From IMG/VR virus record IMGVR_UViG_3300023119_000004: a DNA stretch of 64,000 bases; one strand, given 5' to 3'. The notes under the pieces are model-generated. The model was given only the letters and a program-made list of their open reading frames with translations. It made no database searches and was not told the origin of the DNA. Positions within the stretch are counted from its first letter, which is position 1, and every line of letters begins with the position of its first letter. This DNA comes from a virus (Duplodnaviria; Caudoviricetes). The position numbers were made by a program, and so were the translations under genes. Shown piece by piece: positions 7,226-15,713 of the stretch.

Positions 7226-7573
7226 ATGAACATTCAAGACATACACATCCAAGCAACAGCAATGGCACAGAAGGCAGTAGCAGAGTACTTAGAGGACTGG
7301 ACTGCTAAGACAGGCGGCAATCAATATGGTGAGCCAATGTATTGTGGCTTTGCTTGGGTAGATGTAAGTGTAACTAGAACCAACAGCAAAGAGGCTAAAC
7401 TGCTAGAGAGCATTGGCTTCAAGCCTAGTTGGAGACCCAAGCAGATGCAACTTTGGGATCCAGCAAAGCATAACGGACAGAGCATGGACTGTAAGGAAGT
7501 GGGTGCCCAGGCTTACGCAGAGGTGCTAAGACAGCATGGCTTTAAGGCTAGTATGGGAAGCAGAGCAGACTAA
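7226..7573 (+). CDS. Early hypothetical protein
   Basis: 115-aa ORF (CGFAWV...GAQAYAEVL) with own promoter. Confidence 0.8.
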   Translation: MNIQDIHIQATAMAQKAVAEYLEDWTAKTGGNQYGEPMYCGFAWVDVSVTRTNSKEAKLLESIGFKPSWRPKQMQLWDPAKHNGQSMDCKEVGAQAYAEVLRQHGFKASMGSRAD

Positions 7574-7611
7574 CACGTTGCAGGATACGTTGCAGAACGT
7601 GCAACGAGAAA

Positions 7612-7640
7612 GGGCCGGTGGAGACATCGGCCTTTTTTTT
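7612..7640 (+). terminator. Terminator ending the early region
   Basis: GGCCGGTG-GAGA-CATCGGCC followed by T8. Confidence 0.8.
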
Positions 7641-7876
7641 GACAGAAATTTCTCGAGGGGCATGGGGCATAAGTCTTTATTTTTAAAGCACTTTTTGCAA
7701 GTGGGCAGGGGTAGAATCACCACCCAGATTTGATAAGTACTTCTTTTTAAAAAACTGTGCTATGTCATAAACTGCTACAGACCCCATTTCTGTGTGTAAA
7801 TACAGTTGTAAGCACAGTAGTAAACAGTTTCAGCAATTATCTATTAGATTGCACGTTTCACTAGTGTACAGAGTGT

Positions 7877-8188
7877 ATGAGTGCTATTTTACACACAGGA
7901 AACTCTGTTTATACTGTGCTTACGCTCTATATAAGGATCTTCGCTATTACTAATACTACTACCCATAAGCAATTCAATCACTATGCTGTATATACACGTG
8001 ACCCTGACTATGTACGTATTATGCGTATTGTAAAGCGTCTAGGATTCAAGTTTGAAATTCACGTTATGCGTACTCGCTTTTGGGTTCCGTGCGATTCAAA
8101 GTATAACAGTCTATTTGCTGTTCGCTGTGTGGAGGTCTCAGATGAAGTGGATCATAGCACAGGACTTAAACACATAAGTGAGATATAA
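7877..8188 (+). CDS. Hypothetical protein
   Basis: 103-aa ORF (YAVYTRDP...RTRFWVP); start uncertain; TAAATAC motif upstream near 7797. Confidence 0.5.
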   Translation: MSAILHTGNSVYTVLTLYIRIFAITNTTTHKQFNHYAVYTRDPDYVRIMRIVKRLGFKFEIHVMRTRFWVPCDSKYNSLFAVRCVEVSDEVDHSTGLKHISEI

Positions 8189-8272
8189 AAAACTTCTCGG
8201 CAAAAACACCAAGTACTTCACAAAATTTTTTTGCAGTATATTTTTTTTGGGTGCAAGGGGAATCGGAGCCAT

Positions 8273-8351
8273 AAAAAAAGGGACTGCCCTCTGTGTCCCT
8301 TTAGTGCATTACAAAACCCTCAACCTGGCTCTGTTCTACACTAGTATTTAG
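8273..8351. ncRNA. Double-hairpin element with TGCCCTC loop (copy B)
   Basis: AAAGGGAC/GTCCCTTT stem with loop TGCCCTCTGT, plus the shared 17-mer at 8317-8333. On the minus strand it is bounded by CTAAATAC (8344-8351) and a U-tract. Confidence 0.4.
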
Positions 8352-8402
8352 ATACAGCACAATAGTTATTAAGTATACACATAATGGTTGCATAAATACA
8401 GT

Positions 8403-9161
8403 ATGGCCAATAGAAAACACTACGACTTTGAACAAATGGTTACGGGTGGATACCTGTCAGATCACACGCACAATCACAAGTTCGGCGCCGCGCCTTCAAT
8501 ATCAATTAACACCACAGCAAGTATTTGGGACGTCGGCGACACACTTTATCCTTGGACGGCATTGGACACTCCAGCGGTAGTAAATGTAGAACGCAACGAT
8601 GCCGCAGACACAGGATTGATTGTTACCGTAATAGGATTAGACAGTGATTGGAACGTTCAAGAAGAACAAATCACAATCACAGGTGCGGACCAAGTGGGCA
8701 CCAAACTATGGCGTAGGGTGAACAGAGCCTACGTCAGTTCAGGCACAGCCGTAGTGAATGTGGGCAACATTGACATTGAAGCAGGTGCCGCAGGTGGTAC
8801 CACAGTTGCTCGTATTACAGCCAACCTTGGACAGACACTGATGTGTGTTTATACCATACCAGCAGGATACATTGGATACTTGTACCAAGGCACTATGACT
8901 GTACAGGCTAACGCAGATGCTACAGGTTATATGTTTGTAAGACGCAATGGCGAAGGCGTTACATTTAGAGTGGGACATACCTTTGAAGTTGCTGGCGGAT
9001 CACAGTATAATTACAAGTTCTCTTTCCCTCCAGCAATACCAGAAAAAAGCGACATTGATGTAAGAGCCCTAGTTAGAAGTAACAATGCTAGAGTTACAGC
9101 AACGTTTGACATCCTGCTTGTAGAGAACGACCCCGAAGCACCAATAAGTTCAAGCCTATAA
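8403..9161 (+). CDS. Hypothetical, probably virion-associated protein
   Basis: Long ORF; ATG 8403 follows the late-type ATAAATAC motif; beta-rich, Gly/Thr-rich. Confidence 0.7.
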   Translation: MANRKHYDFEQMVTGGYLSDHTHNHKFGAAPSISINTTASIWDVGDTLYPWTALDTPAVVNVERNDAADTGLIVTVIGLDSDWNVQEEQITITGADQVGTKLWRRVNRAYVSSGTAVVNVGNIDIEAGAAGGTTVARITANLGQTLMCVYTIPAGYIGYLYQGTMTVQANADATGYMFVRRNGEGVTFRVGHTFEVAGGSQYNYKFSFPPAIPEKSDIDVRALVRSNNARVTATFDILLVENDPEAPISSSL

Positions 9162-9198
9162 TATACCCAAAACACATACCTGCTATGCTAAATACTAA

Positions 9199-9250
9199 TA
9201 CGTTCGAGCAACACGCTTGGAAGTAGACACTATGTCGAAGGAACGCACCT
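9199..9250 (+). ncRNA. Glutamine riboswitch (glnA-motif class)
   Basis: P1 CGTTC/GAACG, P2 GAGC/GCTT, junction GGAAGTA, P3 GAC/GTC, then GAAG. This is the layout and conserved residues of the glnA/Downstream-peptide RNAs. It sits between a late promoter motif (9188) and AGGAGG-ATG 9272. Confidence 0.85.
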
Positions 9251-9271
9251 AACTTTAACAAGGAGGGTGAC

Positions 9272-9466
9272 ATGGATAGACACTCATTTATGCTCAAGCA
9301 ATACAGTGAGCAACAACTACGTAAAAAGAAAGAAATGGAATTATGGAAGGCTCGTCATGAGGTGGAAATAAATGGTCATGGTACTTCTGGTTATGTAGTA
9401 AAGCATGGTCCTAACAAAGATAAAATCTTAGGACATCAGTCTACTAAATCTACCAACAACTGGTAG
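9272..9466 (+). CDS. 64-aa basic protein under riboswitch control
   Basis: Strong RBS AGGAGG; directly downstream of the riboswitch. Confidence 0.8.
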   Translation: MDRHSFMLKQYSEQQLRKKKEMELWKARHEVEINGHGTSGYVVKHGPNKDKILGHQSTKSTNNW

Positions 9467-9470
9467 TCAA

Positions 9471-9526
9471 AAAAAAGAGCAATCCGGGTGTACACATAAT
9501 AATACGTATACCCGTTGCTCTTATAA
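9471..9526. terminator. Long hairpin, probably a bidirectional terminator
   Basis: AAGAGCAA/TTGCTCTT plus CGGGTGTAC/GTATACCCG stems between convergent genes. Confidence 0.6.
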
Positions 9527-9547
9527 AAATTTAAGTGAAAAATTTTG

Positions 9548-9772
9548 TTATTGATTAGCCTTAACTACAGGCCATAGTTCTTTTACTAGTTTGTCTTTGG
9601 TTTGTCTACGATCAAGTTCTATACCGTGAACACGACCCAAGTCTTCTAGTTGTGTTTTGGTCATTTTAGCAAGTTCAGCACGTTTAAGTTTACGCGGTGT
9701 CTCTACAGGTTTATCCAATACTAGAGGCTCCTGTACAGTACTGCCAAATAACGATTTTAACCATTTTAACAT
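9548..9772 (-). CDS. Small protein with Rho-N/HeH-like helical motif
   Basis: LAKMTKTQLEDLGRVHGIELDRRQTKDKLV; TATAAATA upstream at 9789-9796. Confidence 0.7.
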   Translation of the reverse strand: MLKWLKSLFGSTVQEPLVLDKPVETPRKLKRAELAKMTKTQLEDLGRVHGIELDRRQTKDKLVKELWPVVKANQ

Positions 9773-9859
9773 AATAGTACCTCCGTTTTATTTATAGGGT
9801 TAACCATCGCCCCGTGTGCAGTCTGAACGGTGTGCAACGAAGTATAGCACACACTTAAA

Positions 9860-10160
9860 AAGGCGTCTTAAACGCAATATAAGCGTCATACACACGTCAG
9901 ATAGGGCAAAGTACTACAAAGATGCTTAAATGCAAAATAAGAGCCATTTAGGGGTGATTTTCATACGTTTAAGACGTCTTAAATGCATGGTGAAAAAGAG
10001 GTAGGCATTCGGATTAAAGAGCCAAATTCCGGCGCTCCGTTTTCTAGCGTTTTACCGCTACCGCTTCGCGGATCTAAAATCTACCGCACCGATTTGCTTA
10101 AATGGCTTTCCACCGCTACCGCGGTCGCTACGCTCTAAATGGCTTTTCCGCTCCGCGGCT
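9860..10160. repeat. Non-coding palindrome and degenerate repeat block
   Basis: Perfect 16-bp palindrome TTTAAGACGTCTTAAA (9968-9983); repeated CTTAAATGC/TAAATGGCT and CCGCTACCGC units. Confidence 0.55.
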
Positions 10161-10201
10161 ATTCTATATCCACTTAATGTGTGTATCTACAGGCATAACT
10201 A

Positions 10202-10441
10202 ATGTTCATGAATACTAAATGGGAAATACGTGTAGCACTTATATTGATTGTAATACTTGTGAGTATAGCACTACAAGGTTGCGGTCAAGCACCTGTAATT
10301 GATCGTGTGCTAGATCCACAACCGCAAGAACAAGTAGCAGAAGATAAAGATAGTACACTTGAAGAACCAGGCATTCCGAACTTTAAAGGTATAGCAGATG
10401 CACTAGGATGTGTATTTGCTCCTGAGTCTTGTAATAACTAA
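10202..10441 (+). CDS. Small lipoprotein
   Basis: Hydrophobic N-region ending in an LQGC lipobox. Confidence 0.65.
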   Translation: MFMNTKWEIRVALILIVILVSIALQGCGQAPVIDRVLDPQPQEQVAEDKDSTLEEPGIPNFKGIADALGCVFAPESCNN

Positions 10442-10468
10442 ATACAAGAGATTGCTAATGGAGAGTCG

Positions 10469-10657
10469 ATGTCTGATTGGGATAGTATACGTAAACCTTA
10501 TCAAGTTCATATACAGCACTTGTGTAAACTTATTGACCACCATAGCGAACAGTATATCAAAACAGCAGAGCCATTTCATAAAGAACAATACGATCGTTTA
10601 GTGGAGTGTGTACACGCCCTAAAGACTTATATTACAACACAAGAACAACACAATTAG
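10469..10657 (+). CDS. Hypothetical protein
   Basis: 62-aa ORF with GGAG RBS. Confidence 0.6.
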   Translation: MSDWDSIRKPYQVHIQHLCKLIDHHSEQYIKTAEPFHKEQYDRLVECVHALKTYITTQEQHN

Positions 10658-10665
10658 AACTTAAT

Positions 10666-10956
10666 TTAGTGAGGCTGTCCGAACCGTGTCTTGTTCTTCT
10701 TTCGAAAGAATACAAATGTATCTGATCTAGGAAGGTATCTATAGTCTAACGGGTTCCAATGGTCTATAGTCCGAATGTGATTTGCCCACTCTGTTTTATG
10801 TTTAGGATCCCATCTGTCGTTATCTACTTTAACAACATATCTATTTTTACTGGAGTAATCCTTGAGTGCTTGTTCCATAATAGCAACAAGTTCGACATCA
10901 ATCATCGCTGTGCCGTCTATAGTATATTTTTTAGTTTGCCTGGTAACTCTCTGCAT
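10666..10956 (-). CDS. Hypothetical protein
   Basis: 96-aa ORF with a late-type motif upstream. Confidence 0.6.
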   Translation of the reverse strand: MQRVTRQTKKYTIDGTAMIDVELVAIMEQALKDYSSKNRYVVKVDNDRWDPKHKTEWANHIRTIDHWNPLDYRYLPRSDTFVFFRKKNKTRFGQPH

Positions 10957-10973
10957 ACTAAAAGTATATTTAT

Positions 10974-11771
10974 CTAACTTTTAAGCCAATGGGTAAATTT
11001 AGTAGGTTTAGACTCATTTCCATATAACTCGTTGCTAGTAGCAATAAGTTTAGAGCCTAGTTCTTTGTGTGTAAGTCTTTCATGACCTTTGAGTATGTGT
11101 CTGTTAAATCCTATTTGTAGATCTAATGGCTGTCCTGTTAGTATGCTGTTTGCACACTTCTGTGCCATAATCTCGTGATTACATCTTAGCATATGATTGT
11201 AACGTGTATCAATTCCACTGCTATACCATTCTTCATCGTCCTTGGGTGTCATAAACTCTGCGTTACTTACTGTAGCAGTTAGATCACCTATAACAGGAAT
11301 CATATCGGTATAGTCAATTGGCATAGTAAACCCTGGTATAAGAAGAAGGGTAAACCCGTAACGTTGCTGTGTTCCTTTAAGCCAGGCAACCTGATGTTCA
11401 AATCTAAATGCGTCTAAATCGTCTCTTTGTATGTAATTAACATAACCCTTTACAGCATCAACAGCGTCTTTGTTATTTGTTTCCTTTGCAAAGTTATCCC
11501 AATTACTAATCATGTAGTTAGATAGTTCTGGTTTGTCTTTGAAGAACCAATAGCGATATACACTTGTTAATACAACTACAACAATGTCGTCTTTGGTAAT
11601 GTCACTTAACGATTCTCTAATCTTCATTAAGATCCAATCATTGCTAGTACCAATCATGCTGTGATTGACCAAGCCATTGACTCTAAGTTTTTCTGCTAGG
11701 TTTCTGGTCCAGGTCCAGTTAGTGTCGTAATCTACGGTAAAACTATCACCGAAGAAATATATCTTACGCAT
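10974..11771 (-). CDS. SGNH/GDSL-like hypothetical protein
   Basis: N-terminal YFFGDSF and C-terminal NHM motif. Confidence 0.6.
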   Translation of the reverse strand: MRKIYFFGDSFTVDYDTNWTWTRNLAEKLRVNGLVNHSMIGTSNDWILMKIRESLSDITKDDIVVVVLTSVYRYWFFKDKPELSNYMISNWDNFAKETNNKDAVDAVKGYVNYIQRDDLDAFRFEHQVAWLKGTQQRYGFTLLLIPGFTMPIDYTDMIPVIGDLTATVSNAEFMTPKDDEEWYSSGIDTRYNHMLRCNHEIMAQKCANSILTGQPLDLQIGFNRHILKGHERLTHKELGSKLIATSNELYGNESKPTKFTHWLKS

Positions 11772-13202
11772 TTATTCCTCGTCATTATCTAAATTATTTA
11801 AGAACTGTCTAAGTTTAGTACTGTCTGTTTCTGCTCTTACTTTTGGAGCAGTAGTACCTTGTGCTGGATCTTTAGGTTCATCTGGATTTAAATCTTGTGT
11901 TACTGTTGATCCTCTTTTAAGTGTACTCATGATTGGACTAGAGTTATTTGAATATCCTGCATCGTCATCGTCATCAAGATCTGTAATACGTAGTGTATCA
12001 ATATTAAATTCTAAATCAATCTTACTACCTACACCACTACTACTTCTTGTTTTCATTAACTGTATTTGATAACGTCCACGCTCACGCATTGCTCTACTTG
12101 TAAAGATACCGATCACGTTATCAGCAGTTTGGATCTTACTCAATCCACCACTGATGTGACTGTGATCAAATTCAATTTCTTCTACAGATGCTCTGTTCAA
12201 CTGTGATGCTGTAACAAAGATACAACCTAATTCCATTGCTAGGTTACGTAGTTCTTCTGATACATACTTGTCTTTAATAAACAAATTCTCTGCACTAATT
12301 CTTTGTCCAATTGGCATTAACAAGTCTAAGTAGTCAATTAACAATACATCAATCTTTTTGTTTGTTTTAATTTCATACTCTTTAATAAAACTTCTAATAT
12401 CATTTGCAGTCTTACCACTTGGCATATATTTGATTTGAAATGCTCCAGACTTCTTGCCAATCATCTTGACTTTCATCTCAACATTATCTAAGTCTCTAAA
12501 AATCTCTCTGCTTGGTATATCTGTAGTCATACTATCTACACGCATAGCAACTAACTTCTCACTCAATTCAAGTGTTAAGTAAACTACGTTCATTCCTTGT
12601 AGTGCCCAGTTAACACCTAAGTTTGCTAGGAACAAAGATTTACCTGCACCTGAACCACCTGCAAAGATGTTTAGTTCACCTTTGTTAAATCCACCAAATA
12701 GTTTCTTGTCTAAACTTTCCCAACCAGTACTTACTTGTCCGTTGTTATCTTTTAGTCCTTGTAGTCTACCTTTAGGATCAGCAAAGTAATCTAGTCCTAG
12801 ATCTTTTTGCAAACCAATTTGTACTGCGTCTTTTACTTTTTGTTCTACTGGACCATACTCACCTTTTTCAAGCAAGTCAGCACTTTCAAGTATTGCACGT
12901 TCTAGTGCTTTGTGTCTACTAAATGTTTCAAAGTCACCTAGTAACCAATCATAGTGTTGTTCATTAAGTCCTGTTGGAATCTCAAACTTAACTTGTCCTT
13001 GTGCGTTTACAATCTTTTCTGTTGGAAGTGTGTTGTGTTCGTTGACAAAGTTTTTAATAAACTCTGCTTGTGGTTGTATTTTTCTATCGAATAAACTTGG
13101 ATCAAAGATACCTTGGCAACGCACAAATGTTTCTGCGTCACTTAACATCATTTCTAAATATGTTTTTTGGATATCGAATCCGTAGTCAACGTTTTGCTTC
13201 AT
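11772..13202 (-). CDS. gp41: Replicative DnaB-like helicase (T4 gp41-like)
   Basis: GGSGAGKS Walker A, LELSE, IDYLDL, TASQLNR and KTR motifs. Confidence 0.92.
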   Translation of the reverse strand: MKQNVDYGFDIQKTYLEMMLSDAETFVRCQGIFDPSLFDRKIQPQAEFIKNFVNEHNTLPTEKIVNAQGQVKFEIPTGLNEQHYDWLLGDFETFSRHKALERAILESADLLEKGEYGPVEQKVKDAVQIGLQKDLGLDYFADPKGRLQGLKDNNGQVSTGWESLDKKLFGGFNKGELNIFAGGSGAGKSLFLANLGVNWALQGMNVVYLTLELSEKLVAMRVDSMTTDIPSREIFRDLDNVEMKVKMIGKKSGAFQIKYMPSGKTANDIRSFIKEYEIKTNKKIDVLLIDYLDLLMPIGQRISAENLFIKDKYVSEELRNLAMELGCIFVTASQLNRASVEEIEFDHSHISGGLSKIQTADNVIGIFTSRAMRERGRYQIQLMKTRSSSGVGSKIDLEFNIDTLRITDLDDDDDAGYSNNSSPIMSTLKRGSTVTQDLNPDEPKDPAQGTTAPKVRAETDSTKLRQFLNNLDNDEE

Positions 13203-14192
13203 TTAGTTATTATACCATACGTTAGGGTTAAAGTCAATAGTCTTTTTATCCATTGCTAATACAGCGCCAATGCAACTTCCTGGGTCACCCGGGTTAGGTG
13301 GAACATATACACTATTCCATGTTTCTCTTAGTTGGTCCATTGCATCTCTATTTAACGCACAACCGCCTGTTACAATTAAATCCCGATTTGGTAAGTTTTC
13401 GGTACACCATTTAGCACTAGACTTAACAATCATTTCAAAAACACTTTGGGTAGCATTAGCAAGTCTTTTCATATCATCTTCTGTAGTTAGGTCAGGTCTA
13501 TACCATTGGCAACCTTTGTGTAGGTTGTGTTTAAACTTAACACCTGGTTTAGATCCATCTAACGGTCCGTCGATAAATGTTTTGATTAGATCATTTATTA
13601 ATGATAAGTTTTCTGTAATAGCAATATCTCTTCCTGCTTCACTAATTTTGTATTCTTCTGCATTAGGTTTAAATCCACAACGCATTGTCATAGCACTATA
13701 AAATAATCCAATACTATGTGGATAACTTTGTGAATAAACTTTCTTTAGTTTTCTATTAGAATCACCAGACCAAATAGTAAAACATTCAAACTCACCAATG
13801 CTGTCTAAACACATGACAGTTGCTTTAGGAATGCCTTGTGTATAGTAACCATATGCCGCATGGCTATGATGGTGTTGCATATATTTTACAGGACAGTCAA
13901 TGCCTAAGTCTGCAAGATACTTTTCAATATTATTTTCTTTTACACAACTTAAGAAACTGCCTTGGCCTGCTCGCCATTGTCTAAATGATTTTAACAAAGG
14001 CTTTTCATACCATACTACTAAGTCAGGCTTGCCATAACTTTGTATTGCTGTTTGAATTTGTATTGGGGAATGTTTAGGATCGTTTGGCACATCACTAAAC
14101 TTGTTAGCGGTACTTGCCCAAACTAAAAACCCGTCTTTGAAAACAGCCAGCGATGCATCGTGACTGTTACCTACCATTCCCCAAGTAATCAT
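13203..14192 (-). CDS. Carbamoyltransferase (NodU/CmcH family), N-terminal Kae1-like domain only
   Basis: HDASLAV, HHHSHAA, LDSIGE, SIGLFYS, GGCALN and PGDPGSCIGA motifs; 329 aa. Confidence 0.8.
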   Translation of the reverse strand: MITWGMVGNSHDASLAVFKDGFLVWASTANKFSDVPNDPKHSPIQIQTAIQSYGKPDLVVWYEKPLLKSFRQWRAGQGSFLSCVKENNIEKYLADLGIDCPVKYMQHHHSHAAYGYYTQGIPKATVMCLDSIGEFECFTIWSGDSNRKLKKVYSQSYPHSIGLFYSAMTMRCGFKPNAEEYKISEAGRDIAITENLSLINDLIKTFIDGPLDGSKPGVKFKHNLHKGCQWYRPDLTTEDDMKRLANATQSVFEMIVKSSAKWCTENLPNRDLIVTGGCALNRDAMDQLRETWNSVYVPPNPGDPGSCIGAVLAMDKKTIDFNPNVWYNN

Positions 14193-14812
14193 TATCTTTT
14201 CTCCACAACCTGATCAGCAAGACCATAGTCGACTGCTTCTTGTGCTGACAAGAAAGTATCAAACTTCATTGTCTCTAACAGTTCCTCGTATGTCTTTTCT
14301 TTTGAATTGTGTTTAGCATACAACTCAACCAATCGTTCGTTAATACGTTTAGACTCTTGTAAGTGTCTAATGTTATCTTCCATTTCAAGTTCTTGTACGT
14401 ACACACTACCGCCTGTACCTCTTGTTCCTGAACTTACTCTGTGAATCATTGTACGTGATTCAGGTAGTACAATACGATGTCCTGGCTCCCCTGCTTGTGC
14501 TAGGAATGACCCCATCGATGCCGCTTGGCCCATTACAATAGTACGCACAGGACATTTAATATACTGCATAGTATCATAGATAGCAAGACCTGCTGTTACT
14601 TGACCACCTGGACTGTTAATATACAAGTTAATTGCTTTTGCTGGATCTTCACTTTCTAAGAACAGCATCTGTGCTACAACTGAATTAGCCATAACATCTT
14701 CTACTGGTCCATTAAGCATTACAATACGATCCTTAAGCAAACGACTATAAATGTCATATGCTCTTTCGCCTTTACTTGTTTGTTCAACTACCATAGGTAT
14801 TAATGTTGACAT
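14192..14812 (-). CDS. clpP: ATP-dependent Clp protease proteolytic subunit
   Basis: [27 protein letters not shown] (catalytic Ser), MIHR (catalytic His). Confidence 0.92.
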   Translation of the reverse strand: MSTLIPMVVEQTSKGERAYDIYSRLLKDRIVMLNGPVEDVMANSVVAQMLFLESEDPAKAINLYINSPGGQVTAGLAIYDTMQYIKCPVRTIVMGQAASMGSFLAQAGEPGHRIVLPESRTMIHRVSSGTRGTGGSVYVQELEMEDNIRHLQESKRINERLVELYAKHNSKEKTYEELLETMKFDTFLSAQEAVDYGLADQVVEKR

Positions 14813-15055
14813 TTAGTTTACTCCTTGTTGATATTTTTTATATGCCGAATGTAAAATATAAAACCAAACTCCATTTACGATTGGTTCTACAATGGCATCG
14901 ACTGCGGCAAGTTCTAGTGCGGCGCCTGTGATTAATCTATTACAAAACATTGCAATTACGATATGTCCTACAGTATATACTACGGCTAACCCTAACGAAC
15001 TTCCTGCAATTAAACGTTTAAGTAAATTAAATATTCCTTGTTTAATTTCACTCAT
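14813..15055 (-). CDS. DUF2061-like small membrane protein
   Basis: YTVGHIVIAM...AIVEPIVNGVWFYILH pattern; start moved to MSEIK. Confidence 0.65.
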   Translation of the reverse strand: MSEIKQGIFNLLKRLIAGSSLGLAVVYTVGHIVIAMFCNRLITGAALELAAVDAIVEPIVNGVWFYILHSAYKKYQQGVN

Positions 15056-15713
15056 TAGTTGCCTCCTTTCCGTAACTGATGTCAAATACATTAAAAGACA
15101 TACTTACTCTTGTGACATCAGATTTAAAAGGATAAACCGTGTGTTTCAATCCTGCGTGAAAGAGTAGTACATCGCCTGTTTCAGGAATCACTTTATGTGT
15201 TCCTGATGATCCTAATACGTCACTGCCGTAAGCAAATTCAATCTGTCCAGGGCATCTCATGTTTGTTAATAACCCATCGTTTGCTTCTTCTTTTATTTCT
15301 TCTGGCACATCAATATACACTACTGCACTTAACATACCATTGTGACTGTGTATAGGATTAAATTCGTTTGCTTTTTGAAAATTAATCCAAGGACCTGTAG
15401 CAAGATGGAAACGTAGAGTTTCCCAATCAACTTCATCGTTCATAGGATTAATAACATATTCGTTTTGTCTTTTTATTTCTTCAGACATAAAGTTTGCTAC
15501 ATGAGTATGTACAAATCTCATAAAGCCAAACTTCTGATCATCGTTAAATATACCCTTGTACTGTTCAGCAATATTGCCTGCTAGTTCGTGACCGCGAGGC
15601 TGTTTGCGTTTTGCAGATTCTAACGCAACTTCCTGTAACCAAACTACTTCGTCAGCAGTTAGTTTACTTTTATATATTGTTGGACCGAACGGTCTTAGTA
15701 CATTGTAACTCAT
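15048..15713 (-). CDS. Putative 2OG-Fe(II) oxygenase
   Basis: WINFQ..NEFNPIHSH..LSAVVY and GDVLLF...LKHTVYPF. Confidence 0.75.
   Translation of the reverse strand: MSYNVLRPFGPTIYKSKLTADEVVWLQEVALESAKRKQPRGHELAGNIAEQYKGIFNDDQKFGFMRFVHTHVANFMSEEIKRQNEYVINPMNDEVDWETLRFHLATGPWINFQKANEFNPIHSHNGMLSAVVYIDVPEEIKEEANDGLLTNMRCPGQIEFAYGSDVLGSSGTHKVIPETGDVLLFHAGLKHTVYPFKSDVTRVSMSFNVFDISYGKEATNE

Noticed and set aside
7575-7607. ACGTTGCAG direct repeat and small hairpin after the last early gene
   Set aside because: Only two short copies just before a terminator; too little to support a function.
7703-7710. KOPS motif GGGCAGGG as part of the dif system
   Set aside because: Single 8-mer whose polarity points away from the dif-like sites within this window; no cluster seen.
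13270-13701. Opposite-strand ORFs in the track (also 36526..36858, 49880..50254, 53305..53739, 55089..55409, 63564..63878 and many 60-100 aa ones)
   Set aside because: Shadow frames of well-supported genes, with no RBS or promoter and no recognisable motifs.
13717-13725. Isolated perfect DnaA box
   Set aside because: Single copy inside the carbamoyltransferase CDS (encodes SYPHS); compatible with chance.
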